The notes under the pieces: model-generated | Seen by the model: only the letters and a program-made list of their open reading frames with translations | Told to the model about the DNA's origin: nothing | The model's database searches: none | Program-made: the position numbers and the translations under genes | IMG/VR virus record: IMGVR_UViG_3300034104_003795 | Coordinates: 26,370 to 90,369 of that record | Direction: 5' to 3' (one strand) | DNA: 64,000 nt | From: a virus | Shown: piece after piece, positions 1 to 8,516 of the stretch | How positions within the stretch are numbered: the stretch's first letter is position 1 | Layout: each line of letters begins with the position of its first letter

Positions 1-65
1 GAAAGAAACCCAATATCGTAGTATGTAGTATTTTATTTTACTCATACTAATAAATATTAACTAAA

Positions 66-1445
66 CTAAATACCGATTTCTTTAAGACGGAGTAACTCCT
101 GCTGAATATGTTTATTGAAAGGATTCCATTTAATATTTTCTAACATCCACTTACGATACCAAATTGGAATCTTACGAATTTCAGTATCTTTGTATTTTCC
201 GAATGTCATCTTAACCACCGGTCCTTGTGCAGCTATATCGTGCGGCGATGGTTGATTTTGTTTATGTAAACCAATTTCATGAAGTGGAATACCTGTCAAT
301 AACTTCTGACCTTCTCCATATAATTTCCAAAGGGGTACTTCGTAATCAAAATATAAATCTTCTACCTTCCCGAACTTCGGTACACTTCCCACGAAATCAA
401 TTATAAGCCCATTCTGCTTCTCAGGATGGATACGTGTCACTCTACCAACAAATTGATACCACCAACTCAAAGAAGCCGTAGGTCTCCCCGTAATGATACA
501 ATCCAGTTGTGGATGGTCAAACCCTACTGAAAGGATTGTAACTTGTACGATGATTCTTAATACACCTCTTTTAAATTCATCTATTATCCTATCTCTATCG
601 GCATCCGCCATACCACTATATATCGGTGCACAACTTGGTAGACGGGTTGAAAGTTCTTTTGCTTCTTCAATTGAAGGAACTGCCACCAATATTGATTTTC
701 TATCCGGTAATTGAGCTATTTTACGAATTATCTTACCTGCAATATCCTGGTCTTTGTACGCCCTTCTAATACTTTCTTCGGTATATTCAGCATTTGTTGA
801 ATTATATACTAAATCACCGGTTTCAAAATCGTATGATTCATATTGTAGTGGTGACCAGAATCCTAAATCAACCATTTCCTTAATTTGAGCAACGTGGATG
901 ATTTCTTTGAAGAAATTACCCTTTTTACTCTTTGAAGTAAGCATTACTAACTTTGAAAATGGTTTTCCGAACTCATCCATATTAGTTTGTAACTTTAAAG
1001 GGGTTGCTGTTAATCCTAATATGTGTGTTATTTTAGATGCAGTTAAAAATCTCCTTAACATACCATCTGGTTCTCTAGGAAAACGGTCACATTCATCAAT
1101 AATCACCTTTTTTATCCCTAATTCGTGGAATTTCCAAGCAATATTAACAATTGAACCGATTGTAGCATAAGTTACATCACCAATCTCCTTTTCATTCATA
1201 GATGCGGAGTAAATTGATGCTTTTCCACCTAAATTGATGAATTTATTGTAATTTTGTTCTAATAACTCTTTTGAAGGCTGAATAACTAGGATTTTTTCAC
1301 CCAATTGGTGAGCAATTTCAGCAATAACGATACTTTTACCAAAAGCGGTAGGGGCAACAATGATTGAAGGGTGCGGCTTCTTACTTTTAAAGAATTCCAC
1401 ACCCTTTTTTACAGGTTCTATCTGATTCGGTCTTAATTCCATCAA
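66..1445 (-). CDS. Superfamily-2 DEAD/DEAH-like DNA/RNA helicase
   Basis: 459-aa ORF; Walker A 'APTAFGKS', DExD-like 'IIDECDRF', motif III 'LGLTATP', motif VI 'QFVGRVTR'. Confidence 0.7.
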   Translation of the reverse strand: MMELRPNQIEPVKKGVEFFKSKKPHPSIIVAPTAFGKSIVIAEIAHQLGEKILVIQPSKELLEQNYNKFINLGGKASIYSASMNEKEIGDVTYATIGSIVNIAWKFHELGIKKVIIDECDRFPREPDGMLRRFLTASKITHILGLTATPLKLQTNMDEFGKPFSKLVMLTSKSKKGNFFKEIIHVAQIKEMVDLGFWSPLQYESYDFETGDLVYNSTNAEYTEESIRRAYKDQDIAGKIIRKIAQLPDRKSILVAVPSIEEAKELSTRLPSCAPIYSGMADADRDRIIDEFKRGVLRIIVQVTILSVGFDHPQLDCIITGRPTASLSWWYQFVGRVTRIHPEKQNGLIIDFVGSVPKFGKVEDLYFDYEVPLWKLYGEGQKLLTGIPLHEIGLHKQNQPSPHDIAAQGPVVKMTFGKYKDTEIRKIPIWYRKWMLENIKWNPFNKHIQQELLRLKEIGI

Positions 1446-1446
1446 A

Positions 1447-1797
1447 TTATTTTAAATATTCCGGTCCATACACACCATATTGGGCAGTTCCATCTATAAT
1501 ATTACCTCTAGCGTGCTTTGCTGGAGCTTTCCAAGTGGCTGCTTTCAATAAATCACCTTTTTTTATCGGTGAACCTTTCAAATCACCATCAACTCTACTA
1601 ATAAATCCCCAACAAGATGTACCTTGCCAAATTCTAATGAATTTATTACCAACTTCAATCACTACCGGTTTGTATTGATTGGGCATACTACATTTTTCGT
1701 AATATTCTTTACGTTCTTTATCCAATTTTTCAATAAAATTAGCTACAATAGGGTTACTTTTCAAATAATCCAATGCTTTTTGATTCGGTGTTCTCAT
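1447..1797 (-). CDS. hypothetical protein (116 aa)
   Basis: ORF separated by 1 nt from helicase ORF; no recognisable motif. Confidence 0.45.
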   Translation of the reverse strand: MRTPNQKALDYLKSNPIVANFIEKLDKERKEYYEKCSMPNQYKPVVIEVGNKFIRIWQGTSCWGFISRVDGDLKGSPIKKGDLLKAATWKAPAKHARGNIIDGTAQYGVYGPEYLK

Positions 1798-2044
1798 ATT
1801 TCTTAATTTTTATTTACAATTTTTAAAATCAAAGGTGAATTTCTTACGAGCCCACTCTTTTTTCTCTTTTTTCTTCTTGTCAACTACTGTTTTTTCACGA
1901 AAACGTCCATCGTAAGCTCCCGCTTGTATCATATCGGCTCGTTTTAACGTTAATTCATAATTTTTCATAATCATAATCTTTTTACTATGTAAAAATACGA
2001 AAAAATTTCCAATTTTCCAAATTTTTTTTCATAAAAATACCCTC

Positions 2045-2129
2045 ATAAGTCATTGAAAATCAACAAATTATGAACTTTTTTGAGTTTTTTATAAATATTT
2101 GATTATCAACCACTTATAAGTCATTGACC
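2045..2129. promoter_or_regulatory. intergenic regulatory motifs: ATAAGTCATTGAAAATCAA (2045-2063) and TTGATTATCAACCACTTATAAGTCATTGACC (2098-2129)
   Basis: same palindromic TTGAT..ATCAA / TCATTGA..TCAATGA motif family recurs in >=9 intergenic regions of the window. Confidence 0.5.
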
Positions 2130-2151
2130 TTCAATAATTTATCTCAAAATA

Positions 2152-2183
2152 TTTGGTTTGGTGGAAATTTTTTCGTATATTTG
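2152..2183 (+). promoter_or_regulatory. Bacteroidetes-type sigma-A promoter candidate (-33 TTTG, -7 TATATTTG)
   Basis: TTTG at 2152-2155, TATATTTG at 2176-2183 (spacer 20 nt); upstream of 2380 ORF with ~190-nt leader. Confidence 0.35.
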
Positions 2184-2379
2184 TTAAACTTTTACAAAAA
2201 ATGAATATAGTTATAAGAGTAAAAAATGTTTCAAAGCCTATGAATGTAGAATATACATATACAAATTTATATATAACGAATTTGACTGTAAAAAGTCATA
2301 AACTCTAAAAGGGTATGGGGAGTAATCTCTATACCTTTTTTATTTTTAATGGTTACAATTTAAACAAAAAACAAAACAC

Positions 2380-5300
2380 ATGAAAAAAATCGGAAAATTT
2401 CTCCTTATGGTAGTGATAACACTATTATCATTTGGAGCAAGTGCGCAAGAAACTACCTCTGAAATTCAGGGTTTGGTTTCTGATGGAAAAGCCGGATTAG
2501 CAGGTGTAACAATTGTAGCTACTCACCAGCCAACGGGTACGAAGTATAGTACTTCTTCTCGTACTGATGGTAGATACAACTTGCCAAACTTGAAAATCGG
2601 TGGACCGTATTCAATTCACGTAACATCAATTGGTTTCAAAGCAGAACATCAAGACGATATTACATTGTTATTGGGTCAGTCACACAAGGCAAACTTTATT
2701 TTGAAAGAAGCATCAACAACTTTGAAAGAAGTAGTTGTAACTTCAGGACAAAGTAAGGTATTTAACTCTAGCCGTAATGGTTCTCAAGAGATTATCAACA
2801 GACAATTGATTGAGAGAATACCAAACGTTAATAGAAGCTGGAAAGATTTAGTTAAATTAGTACCTTCACAAAACAACTTATCATTTGGTGGTTTATCTTC
2901 TCAATTGAATAACGTTACTTTGGATGGTGCTAACTTCAATAACTCTTTCGGTTTAGGTGATGGTACATTGGGTGGTCAAACTGGAGCACAACCAATCTCA
3001 TTGGATGCGATTGAGCAAATCCAAGTTAACGTTTCACCGTTTGATGTTAAGTTCGGTGGTTTCGCAGGTGGTTCAATCAACACCGTAACTCGTAGTGGTA
3101 AGAACCAATCATTCGGTTCGGTTTACCAATTCTTTAAGAATAAAGATTTACAGGGTTACAAAGTTGGTGATGTAACTTTACCAAAGCAAGATTTCACTTA
3201 TGATTTAAAAGGATTCACCGCAGGTGGAGCAATTGTTAAAAACAAATTGTTCTTCTTTGTAAATGGTGAACAAGAAAGTAGAATGGAACCTGGTACACAA
3301 TGGGTAGCATCTGATGCCAACAATACACCAAATGGTATCAACGTATCTCAAGCTAAAGCAGCTGATTTGGATGCATTGAGAAAGTTCTTAATTGAAAAAT
3401 ATAATTACGATCCAGGTGCATATCAAGGATACCAATATGGTTCAGTATCAAAAAGATTGACTACTAAATTAGATTGGAATATTAATAGTAAAAATTCATT
3501 CTCATTGAAATATACACTATTACGTTCATCAGCAGATATTCCAGCATCTAACTCACAATCGGTAAATGCATCAAATGGTAGAAGACCAAGTACAACTTCA
3601 ATGCCGTTTTATGGTGGTGGTTATACGATTAATAACAATGCGGATATTATTATTGGTGAGTTAAACACTAGATTCTCAAATAACGCTTCCAACAAATTAC
3701 AAATTGGATACACTAAATTGAGAGATTTTAGAGGAACATTGACTAGTGGTAATTTCCCACAAGTAGATATATTAGATGGTAACGGTCAACCTTTCACAAC
3801 TTTTGGTTATGAAAGATTTACTTATGGTAACGTTTTAAATTCAGATGTAATTCAATTGAATAACATTTTCAACTTATATAAAGGTAAGCATGAATTTACA
3901 TTCGGTACACAAAATTCATTTAAGAAATATTCAAATGGATTCTCACCTAACTATGCCGGAGCATTCCGTTTTAATAGTTTAGCTGATTTCTACGCATCTG
4001 CAGAAGGTACAAAACCGGCAGCTGCGTATGATTTATCGTGGTCATTAACCGGTGATTTTCCGTTGGTTGGTCCAAAGAATACTGAATTAAGTTTATTTGC
4101 TCAGGACAAATTTAGAGTAAAAGATAACTTAACAATCACTTACGGTTTGAGAGCGGATTATGTATCTTTCGCTGATAATTTCCTTTACAATCCAGTAGTT
4201 GATACATTATCTAAATTCTATGATGGTGTAAGATTAAATACAGGTTTAGCACCTAAAAATGCTTTACAACTTTCGCCTAGAATTGGTTTCAACTGGGATG
4301 TGAATAATGACCAAACATTGCAAGTTCGCGGTGGTACTGGTTTATTTCAAGGACCTCCACCATTCGTTTGGATATCTAACCAAGCATCTAATAGTGGTAT
4401 GGCATTATTCGGAAGTATTACAAACGCAACCGGATATATGTTTAATCCAGATATTAATGCATATAGACCAACTCCAACACCTGGTTTATCTAGAGCATAT
4501 TCTCTTAACGTAACTGACCCTAACTACAAATTCCCTCAAGTATGGAAATCAACGTTAGCAGTAGATAAGAAAGTATTAGGATGGACCGTAACTGCGGAAG
4601 GAACTTATATTAAGAACATCAACGCTACTGTATTCCAAAACGTTGCATTACCTTCAACAGGAAATATTACGTTAAGTGATGGTAGAACTCGTTTCATCAA
4701 ACGTTCAGTTTACGATGCAACTGGAACTGCTCAAACATCAGCTAATCCAAACATTGGTAACGCAATTTATATGACTAATGCAAACGTTGGTTATGTATTA
4801 TTCGGAACATTGCAGGTTCAAAGACAATTTAAGAATTTAGCGGTAAACGCTTCTTACACTCGTCAAACTGCAAAAGATGGTACAATCAATGGTTCTACTG
4901 CATTTACAATGTGGGGAGCTAGACCAACATCTACAAACCCTAATAACTTTGAAGAAGGTTTTTCAAACAACTACCTACCTCATAGAATCATAGGTTCATT
5001 TGTTTATGGTAAAGAGTTTATTAAGAATACAAGAACTTCAATTGGTTTATTATATGAAGCTTCTCCAAATTCTCCACAATCTTCTCTATCTTACACATAC
5101 GCGGGTGATTTGAATAATGATGGTTTCAATGGTAATGATTTAATCTTCGTTCCTAAAGATGCATCTCAAATCAAATTAACTAACGCATCTGCAGTAGGTG
5201 GTGTAGCTGATACTCGTACACAAGAAGAATTATGGAATCAATTAGATGCTTTCATTTCAAATAACAAATACCTTTCAACTCGTAGAGGCCAGTTTGCTGA

Positions 5301-5640
5301 AAGACAAGCATTAGTATTACCTTGGGTTCATAGATTAGATTTGAATTTCACACAAGATGTTTATATCAAAGTTAAAGATACAAAACATACTTTAAGATTC
5401 ACAGCCGATATCTATAACTTCACAAACTTCATCAGCAAAGATTGGGGTGTAAACCAAACTCCAACAACTGTAACTCCACTTAACTTCGTAAGATTGGATA
5501 CTGATGGAAAAACTCCGGTATTCTCATTCCCTTATTTAGATGGAAGAAACAAAGTTCCGTTTACTGATTCATTCAGAGATAACGTAGGATTTAGTTCTCG
5601 CTACCAAATTCAATTGGGTGTAAGATATATCTTTAACTAA
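2380..5640 (+). CDS. TonB-dependent receptor-like outer-membrane protein (SusC/RagA-type, N-terminal carboxypeptidase-regulatory-like domain)
   Basis: 1086 aa; signal peptide MKKIGKFLLMVVITLLSFGASAQE; N-terminal 'GLVSDGKAGLAGVTIVATH...GRYNLPNLKIGGPYSIHVTSIGF' CarbopepD_reg-like; Gly/Asn/Thr/Tyr-rich beta-barrel-like body ending ...GVRYIFN. Confidence 0.7.
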   Translation: MKKIGKFLLMVVITLLSFGASAQETTSEIQGLVSDGKAGLAGVTIVATHQPTGTKYSTSSRTDGRYNLPNLKIGGPYSIHVTSIGFKAEHQDDITLLLGQSHKANFILKEASTTLKEVVVTSGQSKVFNSSRNGSQEIINRQLIERIPNVNRSWKDLVKLVPSQNNLSFGGLSSQLNNVTLDGANFNNSFGLGDGTLGGQTGAQPISLDAIEQIQVNVSPFDVKFGGFAGGSINTVTRSGKNQSFGSVYQFFKNKDLQGYKVGDVTLPKQDFTYDLKGFTAGGAIVKNKLFFFVNGEQESRMEPGTQWVASDANNTPNGINVSQAKAADLDALRKFLIEKYNYDPGAYQGYQYGSVSKRLTTKLDWNINSKNSFSLKYTLLRSSADIPASNSQSVNASNGRRPSTTSMPFYGGGYTINNNADIIIGELNTRFSNNASNKLQIGYTKLRDFRGTLTSGNFPQVDILDGNGQPFTTFGYERFTYGNVLNSDVIQLNNIFNLYKGKHEFTFGTQNSFKKYSNGFSPNYAGAFRFNSLADFYASAEGTKPAAAYDLSWSLTGDFPLVGPKNTELSLFAQDKFRVKDNLTITYGLRADYVSFADNFLYNPVVDTLSKFYDGVRLNTGLAPKNALQLSPRIGFNWDVNNDQTLQVRGGTGLFQGPPPFVWISNQASNSGMALFGSITNATGYMFNPDINAYRPTPTPGLSRAYSLNVTDPNYKFPQVWKSTLAVDKKVLGWTVTAEGTYIKNINATVFQNVALPSTGNITLSDGRTRFIKRSVYDATGTAQTSANPNIGNAIYMTNANVGYVLFGTLQVQRQFKNLAVNASYTRQTAKDGTINGSTAFTMWGARPTSTNPNNFEEGFSNNYLPHRIIGSFVYGKEFIKNTRTSIGLLYEASPNSPQSSLSYTYAGDLNNDGFNGNDLIFVPKDASQIKLTNASAVGGVADTRTQEELWNQLDAFISNNKYLSTRRGQFAERQALVLPWVHRLDLNFTQDVYIKVKDTKHTLRFTADIYNFTNFISKDWGVNQTPTTVTPLNFVRLDTDGKTPVFSFPYLDGRNKVPFTDSFRDNVGFSSRYQIQLGVRYIFN

Positions 5641-5648
5641 TAATAAAT

Positions 5649-5676
5649 GGGGAGAAGAAATTCTCCCCTTTATTTT
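5649..5676 (+). terminator. rho-independent terminator
   Basis: GGGGAGAA-gaaa-TTCTCCCC hairpin followed by TTTATTTTG. Confidence 0.7.
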
Positions 5677-5704
5677 GTCCTTTAAATAAATTTTCGTATA
5701 TTTG
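5674..5704 (+). promoter_or_regulatory. Bacteroidetes-type promoter candidate (-33 TTTG, -7 TATATTTG) directly abutting ATG 5709
   Basis: TTTG 5674-5677, N19, TATATTTG 5697-5704; implies near-leaderless transcript. Confidence 0.4.
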
Positions 5705-5708
5705 TACA

Positions 5709-6248
5709 ATGAGTAAAATTATTAATCTATTCGGTGGACCTTCAATTGGTAAATCCACACAAGCGGCCGGTTTGTATTATGAAATGAAAAAGGCAGGATA
5801 CAATGTTGAGATGCCTTATGAGTTTCCAAAGTTACAAGCTTGGGAAAGAAATGTATATGCAGTTAAAGACCAATTTTATATTACCGCTAATCAACATCGT
5901 AACATTTCTCGTCTTTATGGACAGGTAGATTATATTATTGTTGATTCTCCAATTCTATTTGGATTAATTTATAAAAATCACTATAACGAAGAACCGGAAT
6001 ATCCTTCTATGTTTTATGGATATAAGTTTGACGAGTTTATTGTTGACTTGCATGGACATTACGATTCTCTTAATATAGTGTTAGATAGAGACCCTACAAT
6101 GTACCAAGAAGATGGAAGATTTCAAAATTTAGAAGAAAGTATAGAAATTGATAAAGAGATTGTTGGTATGCTTGAAAAATACAATGTAGAGTATTTTAAA
6201 GTACCAATCAATAATGATACAGCCAATATCATTATATCACTATTATAG
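5709..6248 (+). CDS. P-loop NTPase / putative nucleoside(-tide) kinase
   Basis: 179 aa; Walker A 'LFGGPSIGKST' at N-terminus; small kinase-like size. Confidence 0.5.
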   Translation: MSKIINLFGGPSIGKSTQAAGLYYEMKKAGYNVEMPYEFPKLQAWERNVYAVKDQFYITANQHRNISRLYGQVDYIIVDSPILFGLIYKNHYNEEPEYPSMFYGYKFDEFIVDLHGHYDSLNIVLDRDPTMYQEDGRFQNLEESIEIDKEIVGMLEKYNVEYFKVPINNDTANIIISLL

Positions 6249-6552
6249 TATAATACATTTTATTAACTATCACAATTAAAGTTGTTTATCACAATGTGGA
6301 TAGCTAGTATTACCATACCTTTTTATACGATATTTATTAAAACAAATTAGCGCTTGTTTTATTATTATGTTATTTTGATTAACTTAAACAAATAGAAACA
6401 TGCAAACAATTGTAGATTTCGTATTCAATTTTCACTTCCTTGTAGGTGGATTAGTTGGATACTTCGCTGTTCCTTTCTTAGTAAAATTCGCTAAAGGATT
6501 CCTAAAGAAGTAATAGTAAATTAAAAACAAAGTTGATATTAGCTAATCAAAC

Positions 6553-6590
6553 AAACCCTCATAGAAATATGGGGGTTTTTTATTTTTTCA
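6553..6590 (+). terminator. rho-independent terminator
   Basis: ACCCTCATA-gaaa-TATGGGGGT hairpin followed by TTTTTTATTTTTT. Confidence 0.65.
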
Positions 6591-6707
6591 TTATATATAT
6601 TATTGAAACCTTGTGGTTAATCCTTTAGTGTTCTCCGAAACATTTGAGTTGAAAATAAAACCCTCAACGAATAAAGGCTTAAATAAACAAACAAAAACAA
6701 GAAAATT

Positions 6708-7496
6708 ATGTACAACATTACAAACACGTGGTCTGCTACAAAAAGACCAGAAGCCTTCATTACGAAAGGTAAAAAAAGAATCAAACAATTTGATGGACAA
6801 GTATATCTCTCCGATGGAGATGAATACGAAATCGAATTATTCAATCCTACACAAGAAGTAGTATTAGCAAAAATTAAAATTGATGGAGATTATATTGCCG
6901 GTGGTGGTATAGTTCTTCGTAGGGGTGAAAGAGTATTTTTAGAACGATTCTTGGATTCACCAGAGAAGTTTAAATACTCAACCTATGTAGTTAATGGAAA
7001 TAATACAGAGGTTCAGGATGCGATTGCAAATAACGGATATGTAGAGATTGAATTCTATTCAGAATACAAACCAACTTGGAATAGTGGATTCCTAACAACA
7101 GGTACATTCAACCCCCAAACCATTAATGGAAATCCAATAACATATACTACAACGGGTAATAGTGGAAATTTCACTTTAACATCAGGCAATACAACTAGTA
7201 CATTCTATAATGCTAGTTTAACTTCTAATACATTAGCCGGTCCAAATATTAGAAACCTATCCAATAAGATAGAAACCGGTACAACTGAAAAGGGTAGTAG
7301 TTCAGACCAAACATTTCAACATACAAACAAAACATTCAATTCGTTTTCGTTTTGGAATGTAGCTTGGCAAATTCTACCAACATCGCAAAAACAATATACG
7401 GCAGAAGAAGTAGGTGTAAACTATTGTGGAAATTGTGGAGCTAAAAGAAAGAAATCATCTTTTAAATTCTGCCCGCACTGCGGAAATAAATTCTAA
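6708..7496 (+). CDS. hypothetical protein with C-terminal CxxC...CxxC zinc ribbon and Ser/Thr/Asn-rich central region
   Basis: 262 aa; C-terminus 'NYCGNCGAKRKKSSFKFCPHCGNKF'. Confidence 0.5.
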   Translation: MYNITNTWSATKRPEAFITKGKKRIKQFDGQVYLSDGDEYEIELFNPTQEVVLAKIKIDGDYIAGGGIVLRRGERVFLERFLDSPEKFKYSTYVVNGNNTEVQDAIANNGYVEIEFYSEYKPTWNSGFLTTGTFNPQTINGNPITYTTTGNSGNFTLTSGNTTSTFYNASLTSNTLAGPNIRNLSNKIETGTTEKGSSSDQTFQHTNKTFNSFSFWNVAWQILPTSQKQYTAEEVGVNYCGNCGAKRKKSSFKFCPHCGNKF

Positions 7497-7528
7497 TAAG
7501 TTATAATAAATCACAAGGTATTCAAAGA

Positions 7529-7556
7529 AAAAGGGAAGTGTAATTACTTCCCTTTC
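7529..7556. terminator. bidirectional rho-independent terminator between convergent genes
   Basis: AAGGGAAGT-gtaatt-ACTTCCCTT hairpin flanked by A-run upstream and T-run downstream. Confidence 0.7.
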
Positions 7557-7573
7557 TTTTTTATAATAATTTA

Positions 7574-8152
7574 TTAAAATGGTTCACCGGTTGTTAAATC
7601 TCCACCCGTTATTTTTGGTTTAGAAGTCCACCAGTCTTTGGGTAAAGTATTTAAAATAAATACTTGAGCCCTTGCGGTAAAATCCGGACGCATTATCGTA
7701 AATAATAATAGTTTTGCAAAAAACTGCTCATCTTCTTTTGTAAGCTTATGTTTTGTTTTTAGTTTCTTATATGAAGATGTTTTTAATAGTTTTTCTACAA
7801 CTCTTTTTGCAGTTGAATTCGGCTTGAAATCAGGAGCATTAATAGTTTTCCAAATTCTCCAAGTACCATGTAAATCAGATTTATCAGATGTTTTAACTTT
7901 TCTAAAGTCATCGGCTGTTTTTTCAAAGTCACCTTCATCGGAAAGAATCTTTGCAAAATCTTTTACAAATGGTTTATCATCCCACATATCATTTATTGCC
8001 TGAATAACGTTATCATTTGGAAGTGGTTTATCTTTTATTCCCGGTGTACCTTTATCCCAGTTTTTATTAATAAACTTTAATCCATACGATGCAAGATACA
8101 AAGCGGCTAATGTAAGTAAACCAGCACCTAAATCTTCTTTTAAAATTTTCAT
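7574..8152 (-). CDS. hypothetical membrane-anchored protein (192 aa)
   Basis: N-terminal hydrophobic segment 'AGLLTLAALYLASYGL'; Lys-rich body. Confidence 0.45.
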   Translation of the reverse strand: MKILKEDLGAGLLTLAALYLASYGLKFINKNWDKGTPGIKDKPLPNDNVIQAINDMWDDKPFVKDFAKILSDEGDFEKTADDFRKVKTSDKSDLHGTWRIWKTINAPDFKPNSTAKRVVEKLLKTSSYKKLKTKHKLTKEDEQFFAKLLLFTIMRPDFTARAQVFILNTLPKDWWTSKPKITGGDLTTGEPF

Positions 8153-8176
8153 ACATATAAATATAATGGAAACTAA

Positions 8177-8503
8177 TTATCCACTATACGCAGTAATGTG
8201 CTTTATCTTACCATCGTTAGTCCAATCAATTACATCCACTATTTTAAGTGTAGAACCACCAATTTCCAATTGTATGTGACCGTATGTACGATTACCACTA
8301 ATACGAACCTCATCAATCTTTAGATGAAATTCATTGTTAAAAAGGTTCTCATTCATTTCAAGTACAGCTAATCTACCCTTCCATTGTCCATTCCAATCAG
8401 TTAGGGTAATATCTTCACTATACAATTCTTCTAACCCTTTTGGGTTTTTACTCAAAAACAAGTTAAAGTACTTGTGTGTTAATTCAATTAAATTTAATTC
8501 CAT
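8177..8503 (-). CDS. hypothetical protein (108 aa)
   Basis: ORF in minus-strand operon; no motif recognised. Confidence 0.45.
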   Translation of the reverse strand: MELNLIELTHKYFNLFLSKNPKGLEELYSEDITLTDWNGQWKGRLAVLEMNENLFNNEFHLKIDEVRISGNRTYGHIQLEIGGSTLKIVDVIDWTNDGKIKHITAYSG

Positions 8504-8516
8504 AATATTTTATTTT

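Noticed and set aside
493-1170. Plus-strand ORFs (493-714, 898-1170) inside the helicase gene
   Set aside because: Antisense to a well-supported helicase CDS, low-complexity translations; spurious.
4307-4513. 68-aa ORF inside the TonB-dependent-receptor-like gene
   Set aside because: Alternative frame of a confidently called long CDS.
6286-6303. DnaA-box-like TGTGGATAG in the 6249-6400 spacer
   Set aside because: One mismatch to the consensus and isolated; weaker than the perfect boxes at 18137 and 21115, so not reported as a finding.
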